Origin: Dehalococcoidia bacterium
GTDB taxonomy: Bacteria > Chloroflexota > Dehalococcoidia > Lucifugimonadales > DAOUAM01
Length of the DNA: 64,000 nucleotides
Direction of reading: 5' to 3'
NCBI GenBank assembly: GCA_034433305.1
Contig: DAOUAM010000054.1
Location: 3,366 to 67,365, forward strand
Shown here piece by piece: positions 17,201-27,482 of this stretch. The notes below the pieces were generated by a model. The model was not told the DNA's origin and did no database searches. It worked only from the letters and a program-made list of their open reading frames with translations. Each line of letters opens with the position of its first letter. The first letter of the stretch is position 1. The translations under genes and the position numbers were made by a program.

Positions 17201-18892
17201 TTGAGGCAGCAGAGTTTGAAGTCCAACATCTTCATAACGGGTTTCTCCGGCTCCGGCAAGACCACCGTGGGCAAGGAAGTGTCCAGGCGGCTGGGTTGGC
17301 GCTTCGTGGACATAGACGAGGAGATAGTCAGCGCCGCCGGCAAGTCCATCGAGGCCATCTTCGCCGAGGATGGCGAGGCGCGCTTCCGCGACCTGGAGCA
17401 CCAGTGCCTGGCCCGAATCGCCCAGGGCGAGCGGCAGGTGGTATCCACCGGCGGTGGCATCATCGCCCAGGAGCGCAACCGCCGGGTTATGGAGGACAGC
17501 GGCGTTATAGTCTGCCTGGAGGCCCGGCCAGAGACCGTCCATCAGCGCCTGACCGAGGAGCAGGCCAGGGCCAGCGGCCCCGTCGTCCGGCCCATGCTGG
17601 TGTCGCCTGACCCGTTGGCCCGCATCCAGTCGCTGAAGGCCCAGCGGCAGGCCAGCTACGCCCTGGCCCACTGGACTGTCCACACCGACCATCTTTCACC
17701 GGCTGAGGCCGCCGAGGAGGTCATCAGGGGCTTCAGGCTCATCAGCGCCCGCGCCAGGGACGGCGGTGGCAGCGAGGACGCTGACCTGGCGGCTACCGTG
17801 CGCACCTCCTCCGGCGACTACCCCGTCTGGGTAGGCTGGGGCATCCTGGACGAGTTGGGTGAGCGCACGAAGCGCGTGCTTTCGCCCCGGATGGCCTACG
17901 TCATAACGGACGAGGGCGTGTACCGACATGCCCGCGCAGCCCAGGTGTCCCTGGAGGCAGCGGGCATTCCCGCCCACCTGTTCATCATCCCGCCGGGCGA
18001 GCAAAGCAAGACGCTGGAGACGGCGCAGCTTATCTACAAGTGGCTGGCCGAGCGCCGCGCCGAGCGCGGCCACCTGGTGCTGGCCGTGGGCGGCGGTGTG
18101 GTGGGCGACCTGGCCGGATTCGTGGCCGCCACCTTCGTCCGGGGCATGCCCTTCGCCCAGGTGCCCACCAGTCTGCTGGCCATGATGGACGCCGCCATCG
18201 GCGGCAAGGTGGCCGTGGACCTGCCAGCGGGCAAGAACCTGGTGGGGGCCTTCTACCAGCCCCGCTTTGTCCTGGCCGACGTCAAGACGCTCCTGACCCT
18301 GCCCCAGCGAGAGCTGCGCTCCGGCTGGGCCGAAGCCATCAAGCACAGTCTCATCCTGGATAGAGAGTTGCTGTCCCTCTTCGAGGGCCAACTGGAGTCC
18401 ATCCTCAACCTGGAGCCAGAGACGGCCACGCGCATCATCCAGCGCAGCGTCGCCATCAAGGCCAACGTGGTCTCCCAGGACGAGAAGGAGACGCTGGGCA
18501 TAAGGGTGCTGCTGAACTACGGCCACACGGTGGGCCATGCGCTGGAGGCCGCCACGGGCTACCGTGCCTTTCTGCACGGCGAGGCCGTCAGCGTGGGCAT
18601 GATGGCGGCGGCCCACATCAGCCGGGAAATGGGCATGCTCAGCGACGCCGAGGTCCAGCGCCAGCGGCGGCTGCTGGAGGCCTTCGGGTTGCCCGTGTCC
18701 TGCCGAGGCGTGGACATGGACGCGGTCAGCAGGGCCATGCTCATGGACAAGAAGACGTCTGGACGGGCCATCCAGTGGGTGCTGCTGGACGGGATCGGCA
18801 GGGCGGTCACCAGAAGGGATGTGCCTCCTGAGGCCGTCCAGCACGCCCTGCGCTGTATAAGCGAGTCAGACTGTTGTTGTAGCAGCAGGTAA
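17201..18892 (+). CDS. aroK/aroB: Bifunctional shikimate kinase / 3-dehydroquinate synthase
   Basis: N-terminal P-loop ITGFSGSGKTTVGKEVSRRLGW..FVDID (AroK). C-terminal LAVGGGVVGDLAGFVAATF..GKN..HTVGHALE (AroB). Start is uncertain: TTG 17201, TTG 17216, or 17129 overlapping aroE. Confidence 0.9.
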   Translation: MRQQSLKSNIFITGFSGSGKTTVGKEVSRRLGWRFVDIDEEIVSAAGKSIEAIFAEDGEARFRDLEHQCLARIAQGERQVVSTGGGIIAQERNRRVMEDSGVIVCLEARPETVHQRLTEEQARASGPVVRPMLVSPDPLARIQSLKAQRQASYALAHWTVHTDHLSPAEAAEEVIRGFRLISARARDGGGSEDADLAATVRTSSGDYPVWVGWGILDELGERTKRVLSPRMAYVITDEGVYRHARAAQVSLEAAGIPAHLFIIPPGEQSKTLETAQLIYKWLAERRAERGHLVLAVGGGVVGDLAGFVAATFVRGMPFAQVPTSLLAMMDAAIGGKVAVDLPAGKNLVGAFYQPRFVLADVKTLLTLPQRELRSGWAEAIKHSLILDRELLSLFEGQLESILNLEPETATRIIQRSVAIKANVVSQDEKETLGIRVLLNYGHTVGHALEAATGYRAFLHGEAVSVGMMAAAHISREMGMLSDAEVQRQRRLLEAFGLPVSCRGVDMDAVSRAMLMDKKTSGRAIQWVLLDGIGRAVTRRDVPPEAVQHALRCISESDCCCSSR

Positions 18893-18898
18893 AGCGTC

Positions 18899-19747
18899 GT
18901 GGAGTGGCTATGGCTCATTCTCCTCGGCTTAGGCACTGGCACCTTCGGAGTGCTTGTCGGAGCGGGGGGTGGGTTCATACTCGCTCCACTGCTGCTCATC
19001 CTCTTTCACATGGAGCCTCACGTGGTGGCGGGGACCACCCTGGCTCTGGTGGCGGTCAATAGCGCCTCCGGCTCGGTGGCTTACTGGCGCATGAGGCTGA
19101 CAGACCTGCGCAGCGGCCTGCTCTTCGCCATCGCTGGCTTGCCTGGCGCCATAACCGCGCCCTTTGTGGTCCGGGAAGTCGCCGGCGGCACCTTCCAGGT
19201 GCTCTTCGGGGTGCTGCTGCTGGGCCTGGTGCTGTACATGGTGCTGCCCCGGCCAAAAGCGGCGGCCTCGGCCAACTCCGCGCCGCCCGAGGCCAGGCTG
19301 ACCTCAAGGAGGGGCTGGCTGCCGGCGGTAAACTCCAGCCGCCACATTACCACGACGCGGGGCCAGAGCTACCAGTATGAATTCAACGAGGCCGTGGGCA
19401 TGGGCTTCAACTTCGTCCTGGGATTTATCGCCAGCTTCTTCGGCATAGGCGCGGGGTTCCTGCAGACGCCGGTGCTGGTGTACGCCTTCGGGTTCCCCGT
19501 CCAGGTAGCCGCGGCCACCTCGGTCTTCGTGATATCCCTGTTGTCCATCGTGGGCACGGGCACCAACATCTTCCTGGCGCACATTGACTGGCAAGCCTTC
19601 CTGTGGGCCGGCATTGGCCTGGTGGCCGGAGGACAGGTGGGCGCCCGCCTGGCGACCCGTTTCAGAGGCGTCTGGATTTTGAGGCTGCTGGCTATCGTGG
19701 TGCTGGTGCTGGGCATACGACTCATCTGGCAGGGGCTTCAGGGATGA
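18899..19747 (+). CDS. TauE/SafE (TSUP) family anion exporter
   Basis: 282-aa polytopic membrane protein with a duplicated 4-TM architecture and GxGGG motifs. Confidence 0.75.
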   Translation: MEWLWLILLGLGTGTFGVLVGAGGGFILAPLLLILFHMEPHVVAGTTLALVAVNSASGSVAYWRMRLTDLRSGLLFAIAGLPGAITAPFVVREVAGGTFQVLFGVLLLGLVLYMVLPRPKAAASANSAPPEARLTSRRGWLPAVNSSRHITTTRGQSYQYEFNEAVGMGFNFVLGFIASFFGIGAGFLQTPVLVYAFGFPVQVAAATSVFVISLLSIVGTGTNIFLAHIDWQAFLWAGIGLVAGGQVGARLATRFRGVWILRLLAIVVLVLGIRLIWQGLQG

Positions 19748-20922
19748 CAGCCTTCACCCTTCAGGCCACCGACGGCCCCGCCAGGGCGGGCGTCCTGCAC
19801 ACACCTCACGGCGACGTGCCAACGCCGGCCTTCATGCCTGTGGCCACCCAGGGCTCTGTCAAGGCGCTAGGCCCCGATGACCTCAGCGCGGTGGGCGCGC
19901 GGATTGTCCTGGCCAATACTTATCACCTGTACCTTCGGCCTGGGGTTGAGGTCGTCCAGCGACTGGGAGGCCTGCACGGCTTCATGGGCTGGAGCCGGCC
20001 AGTCCTGACGGACAGCGGCGGGTTCCAGGGCTTCAGCCTGGAGCACCTGCGGGAGATCACAGAGGACGCCATCATATTCAAATCTCACATAGACGGCAGC
20101 CTGCACCGCTTCAGCCCGGAAGCGGCTGTGCGCTACCAGGAGGGCCTGGGCGCGGACATCATCATGCCCCTGGACGTGTGCGCGCCGGCCGGCGACGCCC
20201 GGCGGTCCATCGAGCTGGCGGTGGAGCGTACCAGCCGCTGGGCCGTCCGCTGTCGGGAGGCCCACTCCCGGCCCGGCCAGTTGCTCTTTGGCATCGTCCA
20301 GGGCGGCGTATACCGCGACCTGCGGGAGCGCTCCGTCCAGTCCATCACCGCCCTGGGGTTCCCGGGCTACGCCATCGGCGGCCTCAGCGTGGGCGAGTCC
20401 AAGGCGGAGATGTACGAGACGGCGGCCTTCACAGCGGGGCTGCTGCCCACCGGGGCGCCGCGCTACCTCATGGGGGTAGGCTCGCCCGAAGACCTGGTGG
20501 AGTGCGTCGGCCTGGGCATTGACATGTTCGACTGCGTGTTGCCCACCCGCCTGGCCCGCAACAGCGCCCTCTTTGTGCGCGAGGGTCGTACCAACATTGA
20601 CACGGCACCATTCAGGGACAGGCAAGGCCCCATCGAGGAAGGCTGCGACTGCTTCACCTGCCGCCACTTCTCCGCCGCCTACGTCCACCACCTGTTCCGG
20701 GCCAGAGAGTTGCTGGCCTACCGCCTGGCGACCATCCACAACCTCAGGTTCGTGCTGCGGCTCATGGAGGAGATGCGGGCCGCCATACTGGAGGGAAGGT
20801 TCGCCCAGTACCGCGCCGGGTTCCTCAGCCGCTTCGTCCCGCCAGACGAGGAGACGCGGCGCGTCCAGAAGGAGAAGTGGCTGGCGTCACGTTCCAGGAC
20901 ACCTGGTACCAGTCCCGCGTGA
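19744..20922 (+). CDS. tgt: tRNA-guanosine(34) transglycosylase
   Basis: TPHGDVPTPAFMPV..GTVK, LTDSGGFQ, GYAIGGLSVGE, and the CxCxxC zinc site (CDCFTC). ATG overlaps the upstream stop. Confidence 0.95.
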   Translation: MTAFTLQATDGPARAGVLHTPHGDVPTPAFMPVATQGSVKALGPDDLSAVGARIVLANTYHLYLRPGVEVVQRLGGLHGFMGWSRPVLTDSGGFQGFSLEHLREITEDAIIFKSHIDGSLHRFSPEAAVRYQEGLGADIIMPLDVCAPAGDARRSIELAVERTSRWAVRCREAHSRPGQLLFGIVQGGVYRDLRERSVQSITALGFPGYAIGGLSVGESKAEMYETAAFTAGLLPTGAPRYLMGVGSPEDLVECVGLGIDMFDCVLPTRLARNSALFVREGRTNIDTAPFRDRQGPIEEGCDCFTCRHFSAAYVHHLFRARELLAYRLATIHNLRFVLRLMEEMRAAILEGRFAQYRAGFLSRFVPPDEETRRVQKEKWLASRSRTPGTSPA

Positions 20923-21185
20923 AGGCAGCGGCGCAGTCCGCTCCCCCTGGCGGGCTGGCACTTGCTACACGACAGTTTTTTGAAAGTGGAGTGGACAGTG
21001 GTGCAGGCGCTGGCGGACCTCACCCCCTGTGTTTAGGGGCACAGCGTCGGCTGAGCTACGGCCCCTCTCCACGCGTGTACCGGCTAGACACCTCTGTAAC
21101 ATGCCCTGGTACACAGACCTGTGTAACAGCGGACTGGCAAGGCTGGAGGGAGATGAGCCAACTTCTTCCAGGCCAAAACGGTCGA

Positions 21186-21218
21186 ACATACAAAAGGGGC
21201 AGGTCTGTCACCTGCCCC
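21186..21218 (-). terminator. Rho-independent terminator downstream of the ThiS-like gene
   Basis: 9-bp GC stem GGGGCAGGT/ACCTGCCCC (21196-21204 / 21210-21218) with a 5-nt loop. On the minus strand it is followed by TTTTGTATGTT. Confidence 0.6.
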
Positions 21219-21247
21219 TGCATGTCCTGGCTTCGGGCTACGGGCCG

Positions 21248-21526
21248 TCAGCAGCCGCCGGCGACGGCCGGCACAATGCTGATCTCGTCTCCGGACCTGG
21301 TAGCTGTGCCGAGGCCCTTCAGGAATCTCACGTCCTCGCCGTTGATGTAGATGTTGACAAAGTTCCTTAGCTGGCCCTGCTCGTCGCAGATGCGGCCCTT
21401 GATGCCGGGGAACTTGCTGTCCAGGGAGTTGATAACCTCGGCCAGGTTGTTGCCCTCCACCGAGACCTTGTCCTGGCCGTTGGTGACACGGCGAAGAGGC
21501 GTGGGTATCCTCACCGTTACGCTCAT
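21248..21526 (-). CDS. ThiS/MoaD-family ubiquitin-like sulfur-carrier protein ending ..AGG-C
   Basis: 92 aa with a MoaD-like pattern (VNIYINGEDV..GDEISIVPAVAGGC). GGAGG upstream of ATG 21526. One Cys follows the GG. Confidence 0.75.
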   Translation of the reverse strand: MSVTVRIPTPLRRVTNGQDKVSVEGNNLAEVINSLDSKFPGIKGRICDEQGQLRNFVNIYINGEDVRFLKGLGTATRSGDEISIVPAVAGGC

Positions 21527-21599
21527 GTAACGAGAACCTCCGCAATTGTGCTCTAGAGTCCCAGATGCGGCCTGCCGTCGGGCGACCTGGCGTGGGGCC

Positions 21600-21842
21600 T
21601 TACCCCTCGACCACATCCCCGCTCACCGGGTCAACCCGGACGCCAGTGGCGGTGACCCACTCGAGGCCGTTGGCTATCTCTTCTTCGTCGCCTTCCAGCT
21701 CCAGGACGACCCAGCCCATGTCATCGCGCACGTCGGCGCGGCGGATGTTGGTCACAATTCTGAACTTGTGTCCCAACTCATAGATGATGGGTTCGGTGAT
21801 AAGTTCCTGGGGGAAGGTGAACTTGACACGCTTCCTGGCCAT
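21600..21842 (-). CDS. NIL-domain protein
   Basis: FPQELITEPIIYELGHKFRIVTNIRRADV..GWVVLELEGDEEEI resembles the MetN C-terminal NIL domain. Start is 21842 or 21863. Confidence 0.6.
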   Translation of the reverse strand: MARKRVKFTFPQELITEPIIYELGHKFRIVTNIRRADVRDDMGWVVLELEGDEEEIANGLEWVTATGVRVDPVSGDVVEG

Positions 21843-21859
21843 GGCCCTAGCCCTGCTGG

Positions 21860-23098
<1,239 letters not shown>

Positions 23099-23228
23099 CG
23101 CCTCACTCCTCCAGGACTGTGAACCAGGGTTGCCAGTGGCCGCAAATAGGCCAGAGTAAAGCCTTTTATAGCATAGGCATGGTAGCAGCAGCCCGCCAGC
23201 TTGTCAAGGAAACCGGACGAAGGCGGGC

Positions 23229-24152
23229 CTAACCGCCAGAAGGCATCGCCGACTGTTCATTGGCAAGCATGCTAGCGATGAGCCTGGCATTGACTATACC
23301 CTGGTCACCCCGGTTGGTGTTCACCAGCAGGTGGACTTCCGCGGCCCTCTCCTGGAGGTAAGCTATGCGGGGCAGCCACTGGCGCACGTCCTCTTCCTGG
23401 TAATAGTAGTCGAAGCGCTCGGATACGGTCAGGCCAGGCTTCTCCCACGTCTCGGCGTTCCTGCCGTGGAACCTGACCAGGGCGATGCTGCTGGTGACCT
23501 CGGCCACGGGCGGCACCGACGAGCGGAAGCCCTGGGGCGCGTCCACGCAGACGAAGGCCAGGCCGCGCTGCCTCAGGAAATCGAAGGTGGCGTCGTGGGT
23601 GCCCTCGGACAGCCAGCCAGCGTTGCGGAACTCCACGGCCAGGCGGTACTCGGGCAGCTTCTCCTGACACATCAGGATGTGGTCCAGGCTCTCCCTGCCG
23701 GGATGGAACCAGGGCGGGAACTGGAATACCACCACGCCCAGCTTGCCGGCCTCGTGCATGGGCCTTATCGCCTCGCGGTAGCGCAGCCACAGGTCGTCGC
23801 GCAGCTCTTCGGGGACATGGCGGTAGTACAGCCTGCCCTTCTCCCGCGCCTCGTCGGGAAGCTCCTCCCTGATGTCCCTGGGCAGGGCGCTGAGAGGCAC
23901 CGGGTGATTGGTGAACAGGCCGAAAGCTTTGATGTCGAACACGAAGTCCTGGGGCGTCCGGGACACCCACAGGGCCGCCGTGCGCTGGGAAGGAAGCGCG
24001 TAGTAGGAGCTGTCAACCTCGACAATAGAGAAGTGAGAGGAGTAGAAGCGCAGCCGTGCCTCGGCTGTCTTTGCGGAAGGCGGATAGAAGCGCCCCGACT
24101 CGATGAGGGTCCTGTCCGTCCAGGAGCAAGTGCCTATGAGAGTGCGGGCCAT
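23229..24152 (-). CDS. DUF72 (YecE-like) family protein
   Basis: IGTCSWTD..FYP..RLRFYSSHFSIVEVDSSYYALP and the FRNAGW motif. Confidence 0.85.
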   Translation of the reverse strand: MARTLIGTCSWTDRTLIESGRFYPPSAKTAEARLRFYSSHFSIVEVDSSYYALPSQRTAALWVSRTPQDFVFDIKAFGLFTNHPVPLSALPRDIREELPDEAREKGRLYYRHVPEELRDDLWLRYREAIRPMHEAGKLGVVVFQFPPWFHPGRESLDHILMCQEKLPEYRLAVEFRNAGWLSEGTHDATFDFLRQRGLAFVCVDAPQGFRSSVPPVAEVTSSIALVRFHGRNAETWEKPGLTVSERFDYYYQEEDVRQWLPRIAYLQERAAEVHLLVNTNRGDQGIVNARLIASMLANEQSAMPSGG

Positions 24153-24332
24153 TGCTGATCGCTCCTGGCCTGTCCCGCCGCCGGCTGGCGGCGGACGCGT
24201 GGCCGCTGTCCCGATTGAAACACCTGTACCACTGCCAATATTTTAGCACAGGACATGCGCTGGCGGGCTTTTGCTTGCCCAGGCAGGCCAGGCGGGATAT
24301 ACTGCTGGAAAAACGCCCCAGAAGGCTGGCCC

Positions 24333-24986
24333 ATGGCCCCCGAAGAACGCTGGCTTCCCCTCTTTCCACTGAGCACGGTGCTGTTCCCCAACGCCCCGCT
24401 GCCCATCCAGATATTCGAGGACCGCTACAAGCTCATGCTCCGCCACTGCCTGGACAGCGACTCCAGGTTCGGCGTGGTGCTGATCAAGTCCGGCTCCGAG
24501 GTGGGCGAGCCGGCGACGACCTACTCCACGGGCACCGTGGCCCAGATTGCCCAGGTGAACCCCATCCAGGGCGAGCGTTTCTTCGTCCTGGTGACCGGCG
24601 AACAGCGCTTTCGCATCAAGGAGGTGACGCAGCTACGTCCCTACATGGCCGCCAGAGTGGAAGTGCTGGAGGACGCCGGGGAGACGTGGCTGCCTCCCAC
24701 GGAGCTACAGGCCGTCAGGGACGAGGCCACACGTTACGCCAGGCTGCTTCTGGGGCTGCGCGGCGCCTGGACGCGCGAGGTCGCCATGCCCTCCGACCCC
24801 ACAAGGCTATCCTACTTCATAGGGACCTTGCTCCAGGTTGGAGTCGCGGAGAAGCAGGTGCTGCTGGAGGAAGCATCCGCCGCCAGACGGCTAGAGGCGG
24901 AGCTGGACATGCTGCGGCGAGAGAGCGAGGCCCTCAGGAAGCGTGTAGTACAGGAACTTGCCTACCGCCGCTTCAGTCGGCAGTGA
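24333..24986 (+). CDS. Stand-alone LON N-terminal substrate-binding domain protein
   Basis: LPLFPLSTVLFPNAPLPIQIFEDRYKLM is the canonical LON N-domain opening. No ATPase or protease domain is present. Confidence 0.8.
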   Translation: MAPEERWLPLFPLSTVLFPNAPLPIQIFEDRYKLMLRHCLDSDSRFGVVLIKSGSEVGEPATTYSTGTVAQIAQVNPIQGERFFVLVTGEQRFRIKEVTQLRPYMAARVEVLEDAGETWLPPTELQAVRDEATRYARLLLGLRGAWTREVAMPSDPTRLSYFIGTLLQVGVAEKQVLLEEASAARRLEAELDMLRRESEALRKRVVQELAYRRFSRQ

Positions 24987-25922
24987 TCACACCTGGGCCA
25001 CCAGCTTTTCCAGCCGCCTCGCCGAGCCAGGCGGCAGCGGGCCTGGGAACACCTCCGGGTGGATGATCTGCCCAAGAAGCTCCAGGCCGTCCACCAGCCT
25101 GGGGCCACTGCGGCTGAACAGGCCGCAGGCGTCCAGCGCATAGACCTCGCCGCGCCTCACGGCGGGGATGGCCCGCCAGCCGGCCAGGTCCCCCAGGGCC
25201 AGGAACTCCTGCTCTGCCCTGTCCACGTCCATGCCGCAGGGCATCAGCAGGAGAATGTCCGGGGAGCTACCCACCAGCTCCTTCAGGGTGATGCGCCTGG
25301 AAGGCTCGCCAGGAGGCGTCAGGACGTCCACGCCGCCTGCCAGGTGGACCATCTCCGGCACCCAGTGGCCGCCCACGATGAGGGGGTCGAGCCACTCCAC
25401 GGACGCCACCCTCGGCCTGGCGGTGGCCCTAGCCGCCCTGGCACGCACCGCCTCCATGCGCTCCCGCAGGGCCGCCACCAGGCGCCTTGCCTCCGCTGCC
25501 CTGCCTGTATGTTCCCCGACCCGCTGGATGTCATCCAGGACATCGCCAAGGCCCCTGGGGTCCAGGGTAAGCACCCTGGGGGGCATGTCCAGCACCACAA
25601 CGGCGCGGTCCACGTCCTCGCTGGACACCGCGCACACGTCGCAGAGCGCCTGAGTGATGAGCAGGTCTGGCCTGATGTCCCGCAGGGCCTCCAGGTCAAT
25701 CTCGTAGATGCGCTCGCCGCTGGAGACGATTTCACCCACCAGGCGGTCTATCTCCTGGCTGGTAAGCCTGGCCGGGTCGAACTTGCTCCTGACCACCCGC
25801 CGCTTGGCCCTGGCCTCGGCGGGGTAGTCGCACTCGTGGCTCACGCCGAGCAGAGAGTCGCCCAGCCCCAGGGCAAATACGATTTCCGTGGCGCTGGGCA
25901 GCAACGAACATATACGCACCAC
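24987..25922 (-). CDS. Cobalamin/siderophore-type (BtuF-like, class III) binding protein, no signal peptide
   Basis: RICSLLPSATEIVFALGLGDSLLGVSHECDYP and DLLITQ motifs. GTG start. Confidence 0.7.
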   Translation of the reverse strand: MVRICSLLPSATEIVFALGLGDSLLGVSHECDYPAEARAKRRVVRSKFDPARLTSQEIDRLVGEIVSSGERIYEIDLEALRDIRPDLLITQALCDVCAVSSEDVDRAVVVLDMPPRVLTLDPRGLGDVLDDIQRVGEHTGRAAEARRLVAALRERMEAVRARAARATARPRVASVEWLDPLIVGGHWVPEMVHLAGGVDVLTPPGEPSRRITLKELVGSSPDILLLMPCGMDVDRAEQEFLALGDLAGWRAIPAVRRGEVYALDACGLFSRSGPRLVDGLELLGQIIHPEVFPGPLPPGSARRLEKLVAQV

Positions 25923-25995
25923 TCTACCCCTCCTCTCGGGCCAGCTTGCTCCACGACGCTACCGGACAGGGCAGACCTCACCGACTGCGTCCCTT

Positions 25996-27204
25996 CTAGG
26001 GATGCAGCACGCCAGCCTTTTCGAAGACGTCCGCCAGCCGGGCGATGCCCTCGCGTATCTCCTCCGGAGTGTTGTAGCCGAAGCACAGGCGGGCGTAGTT
26101 CCTGCCGGATACGCCGTCGGGCGCGAACATGTTGCCGGGGATGTAGCCGACGTCGGCTGTGTCCAGTGCCACGTCGCGCAGCTTGACCAGGTCGGCCCCC
26201 TCTGGCATCTTGAGCCAGATGAACAGGCCACCGGAGGGCCGGCTCCAGGTGGCGCCCGAGCCGAAGTTCTCGCCCAGGGCCGCCAGCATGGCGTCCCGCT
26301 TGGCCCGCTGGATCTCGTTGATGTCCTCGATGTGCTGGGCAAGCTGGCCCGTTGAGTAACGATGTATCGCAAAGGCGGCAAACAGGTTGACCGCGCCACC
26401 GCTCTTGGCGGCCAGCGCCCGCTCCAGCACCTCGCGCGGCGCCGTCAGGTAGCCCAGCCGCATGCCCGGCGCGATGATCTTGGAGAACGAGGCCACGTAC
26501 ATCACATGGCCTGTGTCGTCCAGGGAGTATATTGATGTCACGTCCTGGCCGTCGTAGCGCAGGTCAACGTAGCAATCGTCCTCCATGATAGGCACATCGT
26601 ACTTCTGGGCCAGGCGCACCATGGCCTTGCGCCGCTCCAGGGTCATGGTCCAGCCCTGGGGGTTCTGGAACGTGGGGATGGTGTAGATAAGCTTGGGGTG
26701 CTTGCCCTCGGACAGCGCCTTCTTTATGGCACGCTCCAGGGCGTCGGGCAGCATGCCCTCCTGGTCGCAGGGGATGCCGCGAATATCGGCGCGGAAGCGC
26801 CTCATCTGGGCAAGGGTGCCGGTATATACGAAGTCCTCGGTGAACACCACATCGCCGGGGTCAACGAGGACTTCCAGGAGCATATGTATCGGCTGGCTGG
26901 AGCCATCGCCGAGGATGATATCGTCGGCCGAGACGTGGATATTGCGTTCCCTGGCGAGCTTCTGGGCGACGAATTCCCGCAGGGGCGGATAGCCCTGGGG
27001 GTGATGGTAGATTGCCAGGTCCCTGCCTTCCTCTCTCAGCGCCTGCTTCAGGGATTCCACCAGACCGTCGAAGGGAATAGACTCCGGGTCTGGATAGGCC
27101 ACCGCGAAGTCGTACTTGCCGCGCCGGGCCACTCCACGGGGCCTGGGGTCGGGCGCTGACTTCGCGAAAAGCCCCTGATAGCTGAACTGTCTGGTCTCGG
27201 CCAT
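25996..27204 (-). CDS. PLP-dependent aminotransferase, class I/II (2-aminoadipate/aromatic aminotransferase-like)
   Basis: 402 aa. YxxPxG (YHHPQGYPPLR), NPQG (FQNPQGWTM) and a SFSKIIAPGMRLGY PLP-lysine motif. Confidence 0.85.
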   Translation of the reverse strand: MAETRQFSYQGLFAKSAPDPRPRGVARRGKYDFAVAYPDPESIPFDGLVESLKQALREEGRDLAIYHHPQGYPPLREFVAQKLARERNIHVSADDIILGDGSSQPIHMLLEVLVDPGDVVFTEDFVYTGTLAQMRRFRADIRGIPCDQEGMLPDALERAIKKALSEGKHPKLIYTIPTFQNPQGWTMTLERRKAMVRLAQKYDVPIMEDDCYVDLRYDGQDVTSIYSLDDTGHVMYVASFSKIIAPGMRLGYLTAPREVLERALAAKSGGAVNLFAAFAIHRYSTGQLAQHIEDINEIQRAKRDAMLAALGENFGSGATWSRPSGGLFIWLKMPEGADLVKLRDVALDTADVGYIPGNMFAPDGVSGRNYARLCFGYNTPEEIREGIARLADVFEKAGVLHP

Positions 27205-27482
27205 TCAATGTCCTCCTTGTGAGTTCACTCTCATGACAGGTTGAAGTTAAGTGTATTATTTCCTGGCGTGCATGGCAACCTTGCGTCCCTCCAGCCGCCT
27301 GGGCATGAGGGCAAGCCATTTATGTGCATACCCGGGCCGTTACCTCAAGGCAGAGGCGACACCTCCCTTTCCTCCCCCAGGGACGCTTCTACCGCCCAGC
27401 GCCGGCGTCTGGCGGGGCGTACGTAGCGAGCGTGGGCGAGTCCGACAGGCCATGCTTGCAGTGCCCGCGGCCAGATGGCGGC

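Noticed and set aside
20923-21185. A 260-nt gene-free region after tgt, checked for tRNA or sRNA (GGGGCACAGCGTCGGCTGAGCTACGGCCCC, GTGTACC..GGTACAC inverted repeat)
   Set aside because: It has no tRNA cloverleaf features (no GTTCRANYC T-loop and no proper D-arm). The hairpins are weak and unaccompanied by promoter or terminator signals, apart from the minus-strand terminator already listed.
23099-23228. Possible SAM or other riboswitch upstream of the ThrC-like/NIL/ThiS operon
   Set aside because: A TTGACA, 17 nt, TACCAT promoter-like element is present. The leader is only about 60-70 nt and shows none of the SAM-I, SAM-II or SAM/SAH core motifs I can recognise.
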